A stretch of DNA of 64,000 nt from Candidatus Iainarchaeum sp. (GTDB lineage Archaea > Iainarchaeota > Iainarchaeia > Iainarchaeales > GCA-2688035), in the NCBI GenBank assembly GCA_017610205.1, contig JAFCCL010000008.1, positions 29,932 to 93,931 on the forward strand, read 5' to 3'. The translations under genes and the position numbers were made by a program. The notes under the pieces are model-generated. The model made no database searches, was not told where the DNA came from, and saw nothing but the letters and a program-made list of their open reading frames with translations. This document shows, piece by piece, positions 18,594 to 28,423 of the stretch. Numbering within the stretch: position 1 is the first letter of the stretch; each line of letters opens with the position of its first letter.

Positions 18594-20591
18594 ATGTCTG
18601 AAATTATTGGAGAGCCTGAAGAATCTGAAAAGTTGGAGAAGTTCATGTCCTTTTTTCCCTATCCTGAGTTCAAACCACAGCAGTTGCCTGTGATGGAGTT
18701 TGTTTCTGAGATTATTGAAAAAGAGGGAATTGGGCTGATTGAAGCCTATTGCGGTTTTGGAAAGACTATTTCGACGTTTGCGCCAGTTTTTGAAGCAGGA
18801 AAAAAGGTATTGCTGCTGTCTCCGACTCATACTGCAAGAAATGCAGGTGTAGCAGAAGCGTTGCGGATTAATAAGGTGAATGGGAAAAAGTTAATGGTGG
18901 CGGATTTGCGTTCAAAGTCAGCAATGTGCTTTATGTTTCAGGGGAAGCGGTTTAGTTACGAAGCCTGCTGGAAGGTAAAAAAATTCAAACAATGCCCCTT
19001 CTACAAGGCGACGTACTACGGAAAAGACCTTTCCAAAAAAGCAGAAAAGGCAATTAAGCAAGCGGAAGAACTTGTTTTTAACAATCCTGAACAGATTTTT
19101 TCAGGGAACAATATGGACAAGGAACCGAATTTTTTTAAGGAATTTGAAAAAATTTCGGAAGAAAACGGAGTATGCTTTTACGAAACAATGAAACACGTTA
19201 TCAAAAAAGCAGACGTAGTAGTATTGGATTACTACTGGTGTTTTACTGACATTTTTGCCTTGCTAAAAATGCTAATAGACCCAAAAGACTTTGTATTATT
19301 GGTTGACGAAGCAGACTTATTGATTGACAGGCTTTACAACAACCTTCACGCAAAGCTAACCTTTCAGGGAGTAAAAGATTTGCTTAGCCAGTCAAAAAAA
19401 ATCATAAAAAGTGAAGAAAATTTAGAAGACGAAAAAAAGACACTGAGCAAGGCAGATTTTGAATTTTTGAAAGAATTCTCAAATTATACCGTTGAAATTT
19501 TGCGATTTCTTCCCCAAAAAAAACCGCTTTTGCCGGAAAAACTAATGTGGCACTATGTTAGCGGATTTAAGAAAAGTTCACAGGAAGCAGGATTGGAAGG
19601 AGTAATAGAATTTGACGACATTGTAAAAAATATTGAAAGAATAACAGAGTCAATTGACTCAAGCAACGGTTCTGAAAAAGCAAGATTCAGGCCACATCTG
19701 TTTTTGGAAAAACTCGGCAAAATAAGGCGGTCAGAGCAGCACCTTACATTTATTCCGGAATCACAGGAAGAAATTTCAATCAAGCCATTTGAAATAAACA
19801 CAGAAACCCTTTCAAGCGGACTTACAAGTGCTGAAACACTGGAACAGTTTTACAGCACAATACTTTTTTCAGCAACAATTGGGGACGAAAACCTGTTTAT
19901 GGAAGAATTTGGCTTGAACAAAAAGCAAACAAAAGTCTTCAAACTCAGCCACATGCCCCACGAAAACCTTGTTCTCATAATTGACACAGAACTGGATTCA
20001 ACATTCAAAAAAAGGCTGGAAAACGCTCCAAAATATACTGAAAAAGTAAAGCTCTTGCTGGAACAAGATTCCTCACTGCTGGTAAGCTGCTGCAACCAAT
20101 TTGAAACAGACCAAATGATTGAAGCAATTCCCTCAATGGAAAGCGGACAAGACAACGAAAACCTTGCTGCAGGAAAACCATACGCAATAAACATCAGGAC
20201 AAAACACGCAAGAAGCACAAACAAAGCAAGCAAGGTAAGAAACTGCATTGTAATAGGCCTTCCGCTTCCAGACTACTCTGACTTCTACTTTGGCCAGAGA
20301 AAAAAATACCTGGAGGAAAAATACGGCAAAAAACACGCAGGAAAACTAATAAACAGAAAAGCAGTAGACCTTGCAGTTCAACTAATGGGAAGAATTACCC
20401 GCGACCTAAAAAACCCAAAAGTACTTGTTCTGGCAGACAAACGTTACAAAAACGATTACTTCCTGCAGGATTTCTACTACGAAATAATTCCAAAATACCT
20501 CAAACCCTACATTAAAATTGTCGGAAACAACCAAGGGCTAAAAGAAGAACTAAACAAATTTCAAAAGAAAAACCCAACAACTTCTACATAA
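18594..20591 (+). CDS. XPD/Rad3/DinG-family SF2 helicase with Fe-S cysteines
   Basis: EAYCGFGKT, four Cys (MC...ACW...CPFY...VCFY), ADVVVLDY, VDEAD, FSAT, IGLPLP, QLMGRITR. Confidence 0.85.
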   Translation: MSEIIGEPEESEKLEKFMSFFPYPEFKPQQLPVMEFVSEIIEKEGIGLIEAYCGFGKTISTFAPVFEAGKKVLLLSPTHTARNAGVAEALRINKVNGKKLMVADLRSKSAMCFMFQGKRFSYEACWKVKKFKQCPFYKATYYGKDLSKKAEKAIKQAEELVFNNPEQIFSGNNMDKEPNFFKEFEKISEENGVCFYETMKHVIKKADVVVLDYYWCFTDIFALLKMLIDPKDFVLLVDEADLLIDRLYNNLHAKLTFQGVKDLLSQSKKIIKSEENLEDEKKTLSKADFEFLKEFSNYTVEILRFLPQKKPLLPEKLMWHYVSGFKKSSQEAGLEGVIEFDDIVKNIERITESIDSSNGSEKARFRPHLFLEKLGKIRRSEQHLTFIPESQEEISIKPFEINTETLSSGLTSAETLEQFYSTILFSATIGDENLFMEEFGLNKKQTKVFKLSHMPHENLVLIIDTELDSTFKKRLENAPKYTEKVKLLLEQDSSLLVSCCNQFETDQMIEAIPSMESGQDNENLAAGKPYAINIRTKHARSTNKASKVRNCIVIGLPLPDYSDFYFGQRKKYLEEKYGKKHAGKLINRKAVDLAVQLMGRITRDLKNPKVLVLADKRYKNDYFLQDFYYEIIPKYLKPYIKIVGNNQGLKEELNKFQKKNPTTST

Positions 20592-20654
20592 TAAATAATT
20601 GTGTTGATTTGTGAACGAAGGTATTTTTTCTGCTAGCTGTTTTTATTTTGGATG

Positions 20655-21314
20655 TTAGTTTTCTTGTATTGATCGTGGATTTTCGTGGTCAATTATTCCT
20701 AGTATAAATTTCTTTGTTTTTTGGTCAAAGTCAAGTAATAGATAGTTTACATCATTTATGGTAATATAAATTTTTTTGAAATAGATAATTTTTTGGAGTT
20801 CATCCAGAGCACGTTCAAGGTGTTTTTTTACATTTGAGAAATCTTTTTCTTGGTCTAGGTTTATTCCTTTTATCCTTAGCCTTCTTTTTAATGCCGAAAA
20901 ATATCTCCCCTTTTTGAGATAGAAATTTATACAGTCTGGGCCTGTATAAACTCTTTCCAATACAAGATTGCCTTTTTTGCTAAGGAATTGGATGGGTTGC
21001 AAAACAAATAGTTTTGGGTTTGCTTCTATAATCTGGGTTTCATTTTCTTTAGAGTTTTTAATATACCTTCTGGCTTCTTTCGCATTTTTAAACCTTCTTA
21101 CTGTTCCAAGAACGGTTGGAGAAACTCTTAAAACAGTTCTTGTCCAATGGCTGTCAGGGATTAATGTTTTTTTTGTCTTTTCAGGTTTTTGCCAGTCTTT
21201 CCAAAATTGTTTAATATATTTTTTATCAATCTGTTTTTCCTTAAAAACCCTACAAGACATCCTTCTTTGAGGCTCTTTTCTTCCAATACTAAAACACCAA
21301 CGCAAATGTTTCAT
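20655..21314 (-). CDS. Basic hypothetical protein, possibly a divergent kinase-like fold
   Basis: LVLERV...INDVNYLL...GIID is reminiscent of the kinase hinge/catalytic/DFG region. Confidence 0.5.
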   Translation of the reverse strand: MKHLRWCFSIGRKEPQRRMSCRVFKEKQIDKKYIKQFWKDWQKPEKTKKTLIPDSHWTRTVLRVSPTVLGTVRRFKNAKEARRYIKNSKENETQIIEANPKLFVLQPIQFLSKKGNLVLERVYTGPDCINFYLKKGRYFSALKRRLRIKGINLDQEKDFSNVKKHLERALDELQKIIYFKKIYITINDVNYLLLDFDQKTKKFILGIIDHENPRSIQEN

Positions 21315-21517
21315 AGTATTCTTTATGTTTACACTTGTTTAAAAGAATTCTGGGTTTCACCGTTCCCTGTAGCAAAGAATTTGATTTTTATGTCATCAGT
21401 GTACTGTGAGAGTATCCTCTTCTTCTGAGTTCGATGTAGATTGGCAGTGCCATCCCGCATTGCCCCAATTCAATTTCAATTTTTTTTTGTTTTTTTTTGT
21501 TGGTGTGTGGTTTTTTT

Positions 21518-22216
21518 TTACGGCGTTAGAGTTATTTCTTTTGGGTAGTTTTTTAAGAACTGCAAGAGTATTTCTCTTTCGCGTTTTTGCTGCTCTGGTT
21601 TGCTTAATTTTTTGACGTGGTTTTCCAGTTTGGTAATGGTTTTGGCTGTTTTTAAAAGTTCCTGAAAAATTCCTTCTCCTATTGTAATAGTTTTTTTTGA
21701 AATCCTGGCTTTTTTAAAATCAAGCAATACCACTGTTCCATTGTTTGTAATGGCAATATTGCTTAGGTGCAAATGATTGTGGGTTATTCCCAAAGAATGC
21801 ATTTTTCTAATAACCCTGCCAACATTTTCAATGTTTTTTTCCCGATTTTGAATAAAAAGTTTTATTCCATTAACAGAATCCAGGCTATTCCCTGTTTTTT
21901 TGAAAAGAAATGTTCCATTCTTAAGGTCCTGAATAGCCTTTTCTACAATTATGCCATTTTTTTCAAGAAGGCTTCTAATCTCTTTTGCTTTTGGGCTCAA
22001 TGGCTTGATAAAGTATTCTGAACCATGGGCGATTCTTTTCAGCCAATAAACCTGTTCTCTTGGAGAAAGACCTTTTGGCATTTTAACGCCTTTTTCCACA
22101 AAAGCCTTTGTTCCACCAGGTCTTGTCTTAAAACTAACTACTTTGCCGCCTGCCTCGCCCCTGACAATTAAACTAACAGGTGTTGGAACCAAAATTTTCT
22201 TTGGCTTTCTAGTCAT
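21518..22216 (-). CDS. Kdo/Bud32/RIO-like kinase-fold protein with a His-substituted catalytic loop
   Basis: VGRVIRKMHSLGITHNHLHLSNIAI...VLLDF. Confidence 0.7.
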   Translation of the reverse strand: MTRKPKKILVPTPVSLIVRGEAGGKVVSFKTRPGGTKAFVEKGVKMPKGLSPREQVYWLKRIAHGSEYFIKPLSPKAKEIRSLLEKNGIIVEKAIQDLKNGTFLFKKTGNSLDSVNGIKLFIQNREKNIENVGRVIRKMHSLGITHNHLHLSNIAITNNGTVVLLDFKKARISKKTITIGEGIFQELLKTAKTITKLENHVKKLSKPEQQKREREILLQFLKNYPKEITLTP

Positions 22217-22295
22217 AACAAATTAACGCAGTTTTCAAATAAAAAACCTTTCACCACGAAATTCTTATATACTAATTAATAGTTATAACTACATT

Positions 22296-25052
22296 ATGAG
22301 AAAAGCCATTCCCATATTACTAGTTTTGTTGTTGGCGCTGTTTTTGTTAGCTGGTTGCATTGAGCCAACAGGACCAGGTGACTTGCCTAACAATGGCAAA
22401 GCAGACTGGACAGTAATGGTTTACCTTGCCTCGGACAACGACCTTGAAGTGCTTTCAATTGGCAGTGTTGATGAACTGGAGAGTGTTGGCTCAACAGATA
22501 ATGTAAAAATGGTGGTTCAGTGGGACCGGAATCCAGGTTACGATGATGGGGCAGGCGACTGGTCTGGAACAAAACGCTTTCTTGTTGTGCATGACGATCA
22601 GAAAGGAGTAATTGCCTCACAGGAACTAATTGATCTTGGTGAAAAAGACATGGCAAGTCCTGAAACGCTTGCAGGCTTTCTCAAATGGTCAATGCAGGAA
22701 TATCCGGCTGAAAGGTATATGCTTGTTTTATGGGATCATGGGGGAAGCTGGCCACTTCACACAGTGGACGAAACAAGTGGCACTCACATGACTTTGCAGA
22801 CTACAAGGCAGGCGTTGGCTGAAGCTGGTTTTGGGGGAAGCAACAAGCTTGATTTGGTTGTGCTAACCCAGTGCCTGATGAGCCAGGTAGAGGTAGCATA
22901 CACTTTTGCATCCTATGCAAAGGTGTTGGTTGCATCAGAGGAAACAATCCCGGGATTCGGGATACGGTTTCCAGGGTATTTGAACAAGCTGGTGAAAAAC
23001 CCAGGTATGAACGAAAAAGAGCTTGCAACAGCAATTGTTGAAAATTACAAAGACTATTACACTAACAGCAGCCCAGACCCTTTCACCACCTTAACTGCAA
23101 TAGACTTGGAAAAAATTCCGGCAGTAAAAGATTCTTTAACCGACTTCACGAATGCATTAAAAGAGAGTTTAGGGCAAAACTGGTCTGCAATAGGAAAAAG
23201 CGTCCACTATGCGGAAGCGTTTGGAACACCAGTAGGCTTTGCTGACGTAAAAGCCCTTAGCTCTTATGACCTGTTGGATTTTACAGGGCTTGTAAAGCAA
23301 AATCTTGCAACACAGGACATTGAACAGTCTGCCGCCTCACTTGAAAAAGCGGTTAAAGAAGCAGTGATAGCCGAGTACCATGGGGAAGAGCACCCTTTTG
23401 CAACAGGGCTTGCAATCTACTTCCCTGAAGACGAACTGCTCTACAACAATTCTTACCAGGCTGAAGCAGGGCTTGCATCCGAAACAGGCTGGGGCGAGTT
23501 TGTGAAAAGCTATATTGCACTTGAGAAAACAGACCAGATTGCCCCCAGCCTTGTAATTGAAAAGGTTTCATCTGCAACAACCAGCTTAAACAATCCGCTA
23601 ACCATCTATGGAACAGCCACTGGCAACAACATTGTTGCACTATATAGGACAATCAACAGGGTTGAAGGCAGTAAAATATTCATGCTGAACCAGCATCCTC
23701 TTGTGCAAAACTACCGTGACTACGACGGTGAACGAAGGCTACCAGAGTTTTTTGACGGTGTAAACAACATTGATTTCACTTGGGTGCCAATGGTGGAAGT
23801 GATAACAAACGGAGAACAGCAGGTAATCGCCCCGCTTGTCCCATTTGGAAAAAGCGATTATTACTTTGTTGCCCAAGGCGAGTACCAAACCAAACAAGGG
23901 CAAAAATTTGATGCAAAACTGGTATTTGACTACAGAACAGGGCTGTTGGTAGGAGCACAGGCTCTGATTGAGTCAGGCAACGAAATGGCAGTAAAGTATT
24001 TTGAACCCCAGACAGGAGCTGTTTTCACTCCATACATTTCAGTATTCGACCTGCAGTCAGGGCAGTCTTACCTTGCAAAAACAGACAGCATTGCTGTAAC
24101 CGAACAAGGAATTGGCACGGACCTCGTTCTTTTGGCGCCTGGCCAGTATGCAATTGGCTTGTTTGTCCAAGACCTGTCCGGAAACGTTATGATGGATACT
24201 GCAACTGTACAGGTTGCAAACCAGCCTGCTTCACTCCCAAACATTTCATTACTGGATGTTGTAGCCGACTGGAAAGGCGACGGAATGGGTTTTGAGATTA
24301 TGGACGACGGCACCTGCGTTTCAACAGTTGGGTTGAAAAAAAACCCCTGTGCTTACTGGTTTAGGAACAACAACGGATTGCCGCTGATAAGCTTTTTGAT
24401 TGATGCAGGCAAAACAGAGCCTGTCTTCATTGCGTTCAGGGCAGAACCTGTCGGAGACAAGCTGGTCCTTACAGAAGTGTTTGAAGGCAGAAAATACGTC
24501 TTGTGGAAGGAAGGCACTAAACCTGTGGAAGAAGACCAAAAAATAGATTCTGCACTGGTTGGAAAGTGGGTAAACGCACAAGACAGTATCGAATTTGGCG
24601 CAGACGGCTCCTACATTTGGATTGTTGGCAGTTCAACAGTCACCGGCACTTTCTCAGCTTCAAACGGCTTTATTTCAATGAAAAGCAATGGCCTAACAAC
24701 ACAATACACTTACACTGTTTCAGGGAACTCCATTTCCATTAACAATTCACAGGGCGAGTCAATTTCCTTCACTAAAGCCAGTGCAAAACAATCACTGCCT
24801 GCAAACAGCCTGGTTGGAAGATGGTACAACGCTGCTGTCAACGAAATCGCCGTATTCAATGCCAATGGAACATACCAGTCATACATGTCAGGAGCCCTGT
24901 TTGTTTCCGGAACCTATACTATTTCAGGAAACGCCCTTGTACTGCATGGCCCATACGGCAACTTTGGATACGTTTTTACAATAAACGGAAACATTCTCTC
25001 CCTCTACGACCCAATGTACGGAACACTTGTAAGCTATATAAAAACAGGTTAA
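22296..25052 (+). CDS. Exported clostripain-family (C11) cysteine peptidase with C-terminal lipocalin-like repeats
   Basis: Signal peptide ending LAGC; WTVMVYLASDNDLE, LWDHGG (His), QCLM (Cys), ASEE; repeated LVGxW domains. Confidence 0.88.
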   Translation: MRKAIPILLVLLLALFLLAGCIEPTGPGDLPNNGKADWTVMVYLASDNDLEVLSIGSVDELESVGSTDNVKMVVQWDRNPGYDDGAGDWSGTKRFLVVHDDQKGVIASQELIDLGEKDMASPETLAGFLKWSMQEYPAERYMLVLWDHGGSWPLHTVDETSGTHMTLQTTRQALAEAGFGGSNKLDLVVLTQCLMSQVEVAYTFASYAKVLVASEETIPGFGIRFPGYLNKLVKNPGMNEKELATAIVENYKDYYTNSSPDPFTTLTAIDLEKIPAVKDSLTDFTNALKESLGQNWSAIGKSVHYAEAFGTPVGFADVKALSSYDLLDFTGLVKQNLATQDIEQSAASLEKAVKEAVIAEYHGEEHPFATGLAIYFPEDELLYNNSYQAEAGLASETGWGEFVKSYIALEKTDQIAPSLVIEKVSSATTSLNNPLTIYGTATGNNIVALYRTINRVEGSKIFMLNQHPLVQNYRDYDGERRLPEFFDGVNNIDFTWVPMVEVITNGEQQVIAPLVPFGKSDYYFVAQGEYQTKQGQKFDAKLVFDYRTGLLVGAQALIESGNEMAVKYFEPQTGAVFTPYISVFDLQSGQSYLAKTDSIAVTEQGIGTDLVLLAPGQYAIGLFVQDLSGNVMMDTATVQVANQPASLPNISLLDVVADWKGDGMGFEIMDDGTCVSTVGLKKNPCAYWFRNNNGLPLISFLIDAGKTEPVFIAFRAEPVGDKLVLTEVFEGRKYVLWKEGTKPVEEDQKIDSALVGKWVNAQDSIEFGADGSYIWIVGSSTVTGTFSASNGFISMKSNGLTTQYTYTVSGNSISINNSQGESISFTKASAKQSLPANSLVGRWYNAAVNEIAVFNANGTYQSYMSGALFVSGTYTISGNALVLHGPYGNFGYVFTINGNILSLYDPMYGTLVSYIKTG

Positions 25053-25145
25053 AGCACTGCTTTTACAGCCTTCCGGCAAGGCAAGGCTTTAATCAAAGAA
25101 GAACAGACGGAGGCAAGCCATTCTTTAAATAAAGCACAATTTTCA

Positions 25146-25579
25146 GTGGCTTTTTGTTGGCAACCTGTAAAAAGGTTTTCCAAAGAGGGCAAAGCCAAAA
25201 CCCAATATGGGCTGGTTTCAGAAATTCTCAGAAACAGGAGTGCTGACTACAAAGCATTACATCAATACTTTTACTGGAACCTTAAAACAAACAAATCAAA
25301 GAAATCAAATGCCCCGAACCTCCTTACCGGATTCTAAAACGTCATGAAATCTTTGTTAGTCTGGTTGCAGGGGCCTTTGCTTTGAAAATACAAAAAGAAA
25401 CCGGAATAAAACTGAATATGCGCAAAGTAAATATATACAACGTTAATTCAACCCCTGTTTTCTTTGAAATAATAGCTATTAATCAAATCTGGCTAGAGCA
25501 CTACATTAAGGCCAATGTTAAACCCAAGAAAAAAAGGGAACAATTGCTAAAGTATTTGGACGAATGGCCAAGGCTCTAA
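25146..25579 (+). pseudogene. Frameshifted hypothetical gene
   Basis: The second ORF's frame is open back to about 25285 (KQIKEIKCPEPPYRILKRHEIF), overlapping the first ORF across an A-rich tract. Confidence 0.4.
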
Positions 25580-25587
25580 GGCACTAC

Positions 25588-25609
25588 AATTAACACAAAT
25601 TTTAGGACA
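25588..25609 (+). repeat. Motif A (22 bp), shared with 28205-28226 and partly with 26249-26264
   Basis: AATTAACACAAATTTTAGGACA is identical in two places; a 14/16 match in the third. Confidence 0.85.
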
Positions 25610-25663
25610 CGAAATTCTCCCAATGCCAACCCCCCTTTTTTTGCGCTGGGAATTGAACTGGAA

Positions 25664-25688
25664 GTGAAAGGGTGTAAAAGGGTTTTTG
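25664..25688 (+). repeat. Motif B (25 bp), shared with 26888-26912
   Basis: GTGAAA(G/A)GGTGTAAAAGGGTTTTTG; 24/25 identical. Confidence 0.85.
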
Positions 25689-25713
25689 GGATAGGAAAGA
25701 CTTATACGCTCTT

Positions 25714-25729
25714 GTATACATATGTATAC
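25714..25729. promoter_or_regulatory. Palindromic TA operator GTATACATATGTATAC
   Basis: Perfect 16-bp palindrome between a TTATA box and the antitoxin RBS. Confidence 0.6.
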
Positions 25730-25736
25730 TTGGTGA

Positions 25737-25982
25737 TTGTTTTTGGCTTCTACTACTATAAGGCTTGAAACCAGTACAAAGAAAGGGCTGGAATCCCTCA
25801 AGGAACACAGGAGGGAAACTTTTGATGAAGTGATTGAAAAGCTCTTGGCTCTTGTTCCGGAAGGAGATGAGGAAGGAAAGTACTCTGATGAGTTCAGGGC
25901 AGGGCTTTTGGAAGCCCACTTTGACGCAAAGCAGGGGCAATTTGTTTCCCTCAGCAAGCTTAAGAAGGACATTGGGCTTTGA
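25737..25982 (+). CDS. RHH-type antitoxin
   Basis: TTIRLETSTKKGLESLK...ETFDEVIEKLL; acidic C-terminus; overlaps the relE-like gene. Confidence 0.8.
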   Translation: MFLASTTIRLETSTKKGLESLKEHRRETFDEVIEKLLALVPEGDEEGKYSDEFRAGLLEAHFDAKQGQFVSLSKLKKDIGL

Positions 25983-26239
25983 CCATGTGGCAGTTGGCTT
26001 TTACAAGAAGGGCTGAAAAGGACTTTCTTCGCCTGGAAAAAGAGGTTTCAAAGAGAATTATAGCAAAGCTTGAAAAAAGCCTTAAAGACCCAAAAAAACA
26101 CTTTTCTCAGGTTAAGGACACAGACTACCACGAGCTTCTGGCAGGCGACTACAGGGTGCTTGTAATCCTGCAACAGTCAAAGCAAGTCATTGACGTAAGA
26201 AGGGTTGGGCACAGAAGAAACATTTACAAAAACATTTAA
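25979..26239 (+). CDS. relE: RelE/ParE-family toxin
   Basis: WQLAFTRRAEKDF...GDYRVLV...VRRVGHRRNIYK. Confidence 0.9.
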   Translation: MTMWQLAFTRRAEKDFLRLEKEVSKRIIAKLEKSLKDPKKHFSQVKDTDYHELLAGDYRVLVILQQSKQVIDVRRVGHRRNIYKNI

Positions 26240-26267
26240 AATAAAAAGCACGAATTTTGGGACATGT

Positions 26268-26771
26268 TTATTTTTTCTTCACAAGCTTGCTTCCAATAAA
26301 GCTGCCTGCAATTCCTATGGCAAAATTGAGTATTGCAAGAAACACTGTGCCAATAATTACTGAAAAGATTACCATTGACTTGTAATCTGCCAAAGACATT
26401 GTTGTAAAGAATTCAATTCCTAATTCTGCAAGTTCGTCCATTTGAATTTGCCATGCTGCATCAGTCATTAGCAAAAGGGCACCAGCGCTCAAACCCATTA
26501 ATATCAGTCCGCCAATTGCTGCTCCCAGGGCCGGAACAAAAAGAATGAACTTTATGTTCTTTGTTTTCTTTGAAATAAGGTAACCGCTTGGAATGCAGCC
26601 AACCAACGCAGGCAAAACAAGCACTACAATTGAAAAAAGCATCAATCCGGCTGAAAGCGTTACATCGCCTGTTTCCGGAACAAAAAAGTTTCCAAGCAAA
26701 TCCATTATAGTAAAAATTATTGCAGTAAGAACTGCCGCCAGCAAAGCCTCCTTCCAAAATTTCTTACACAT
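26268..26771 (-). CDS. Four-TM membrane protein
   Basis: Four hydrophobic helices. Confidence 0.7.
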   Translation of the reverse strand: MCKKFWKEALLAAVLTAIIFTIMDLLGNFFVPETGDVTLSAGLMLFSIVVLVLPALVGCIPSGYLISKKTKNIKFILFVPALGAAIGGLILMGLSAGALLLMTDAAWQIQMDELAELGIEFFTTMSLADYKSMVIFSVIIGTVFLAILNFAIGIAGSFIGSKLVKKK

Positions 26772-26934
26772 TCAAACAAAACAAGGGCCAAAGTAGTATT
26801 TTAGTGTTTCGCTAAACCACCATCGCCCACTCCCACACATCTACCTTGGCCTAACCGCCAAAGCCGTTTGGGTTGAATGAATGTGATGTGAAAAGGTGTA
26901 AAAGGGTTTTTGAGGGCTTAAGACCAGTGTTTTG

Positions 26935-27252
26935 TCACTGGCTTTTTAGCCTATGCAGCCTTTTTTCAAGTTCGTTGTAAAGTTCTTGTTTTTTTTTCTT
27001 GTTTAGTTTGAATAGTTGTTTCTCAATTGCTTTTTCTGTGAGGGTAAAAATATAATTTGTCTTTATTACGCTATCTTTTATTGCTCCGTCTTTTTTTGTA
27101 AGAGCAATACCCTTCATTCTAACATTGCTTGTTATGCCTGCAACAACAACGTTTCCGAGTTCCTCAAAAAGGACTACTGCCGGCCTCTTCTTTATTTCAA
27201 AGGTGTCAGTGAACTGTGCCTTTGCAAGCACAACGTTTCCTGGTTCAAGCAT
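26935..27252 (-). CDS. mazF: PemK/MazF-family toxin
   Basis: GNVVLAKAQFTD...KKRPAVVL...AGITS...DSVIK. The ATG overlaps the end of the antitoxin gene. Confidence 0.88.
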   Translation of the reverse strand: MLEPGNVVLAKAQFTDTFEIKKRPAVVLFEELGNVVVAGITSNVRMKGIALTKKDGAIKDSVIKTNYIFTLTEKAIEKQLFKLNKKKKQELYNELEKRLHRLKSQ

Positions 27253-27472
27253 TTTCCCAGTCCTCATCTTCCTTATTGTCCCAAAGCTCAGCCATTTTTT
27301 CCTGCTGAATCTTATGCAGAAACTCGTCATACTGGTTTTTCATCTTGCAGGCCTTGTAAACCCTTGTAAGCTCAAGAATCAGCTCAGAGTAGGTCTGCCT
27401 TGGATACTGTTTGACTTCCTTCAACTCTGCAAGAGCCGGTTTCTTAACCTGAATAGTAGTAACATCAGACAT
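27245..27472 (-). CDS. RHH-type antitoxin
   Basis: TTIQVKK...TYSELILEL; C-terminal WDNKEDEDW motif; palindrome AGTTATATAACT at 27501-27512. Confidence 0.8.
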   Translation of the reverse strand: MSDVTTIQVKKPALAELKEVKQYPRQTYSELILELTRVYKACKMKNQYDEFLHKIQQEKMAELWDNKEDEDWENA

Positions 27473-27658
27473 ATAACTCACATATAAGAGATACATAGTT
27501 AGTTATATAACTCTTTCTTATGTCCTTTTCCTCTTTTTTATTGTTTCGGGCATACGTGGTGGAAAGTGAAAAAAAGGGGAAAAGAACCGATGTGGCAAAA
27601 GAGGAAACAAACATAAATATATATACTTGTTAGTATTAGTATATATTATGGTGTTTTA

Positions 27659-27874
27659 TTGAAACGTGTATTTTTCTTCAGCAAGCACTACAGGAAAGAC
27701 AAGGGAATTGACACAAGTCTTGCAATTGAATGCATTAATACTGGGAAGAAAGCACTTGATGAAAAACCAAATAAGTTCAAAAGTCACAAAAAGCACAGGA
27801 AAGGGGTGCTAATAGTTGTTTGGAAGGACCGAGGAGAGAAATGTTTTGTGATAACAGCCTATTGGAAACATTAG
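27659..27874 (+). CDS. Putative toxin (DUF4258/BrnT-like RNase)
   Basis: FFSKH...LIVVW...FVITAYW; sits upstream of a Zn-finger antitoxin. Confidence 0.7.
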   Translation: MKRVFFFSKHYRKDKGIDTSLAIECINTGKKALDEKPNKFKSHKKHRKGVLIVVWKDRGEKCFVITAYWKH

Positions 27875-27887
27875 GAGATGATGAAAA

Positions 27888-28205
27888 ATGATTGAGAATG
27901 AGAAATGTCCAAAATGTGAAAATGGAAAACTGCACGAAGTATTTGATGAGGTAGAGCCAGGCATAAAGGTTGAATCATTCAAATGCGGCAAATGCAGTGA
28001 AACCTGGTATTCGCAGGAAATAATGGAGAAAATAGAGGCCATGCAGGGAGCAAAAGCAGAGCAAAGGAGACTGGTTAAAGTTGGAAACAGCATTGCAGCA
28101 ATAATTCCGGCAAAAATAGCCAAAAAGCTGGACTTGCATGAAAAGGAAAAAATCTACGTGGAAGAGCAAAACGGCGAAATCCTGATAAGGGCAAGCAAAG
28201 TATAA
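27888..28205 (+). CDS. Zn-ribbon + AbrB/MazE-domain antitoxin
   Basis: CPKC...CGKC, then LVKVGNSIAAIIPAKIAKKLDL. Confidence 0.85.
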   Translation: MIENEKCPKCENGKLHEVFDEVEPGIKVESFKCGKCSETWYSQEIMEKIEAMQGAKAEQRRLVKVGNSIAAIIPAKIAKKLDLHEKEKIYVEEQNGEILIRASKV

Positions 28206-28423
28206 ATTAACACAAATTTTAGGACAACATTCCATTACTTACTTAGTTTTCCAAACCTATCTTTTCCCCTCTCCCTTCAAATTATTCTTATGCGAATAAT
28301 TAACCAATTCTTTTAAAGCAGGGGGACAAAAGCGCACAAGGAAAGAATGTTTTTCCTAAAGCTAGAGATTTTAACCGTGTATTGTTCTAAAGGCTTAAAT
28401 AGTTCCTTACTCTAAATCTATTT

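Noticed and set aside
21350-21410. Hammerhead ribozyme on the minus strand (CTGATGA...GAAA)
   Set aside because: The stem II closing pair and stems I and III do not form.
25588-28226. Canonical integron attC sites
   Set aside because: A TAAC follows the stop codons, but there is no matching GTTRRRY end or long imperfect palindrome, and no IntI gene.
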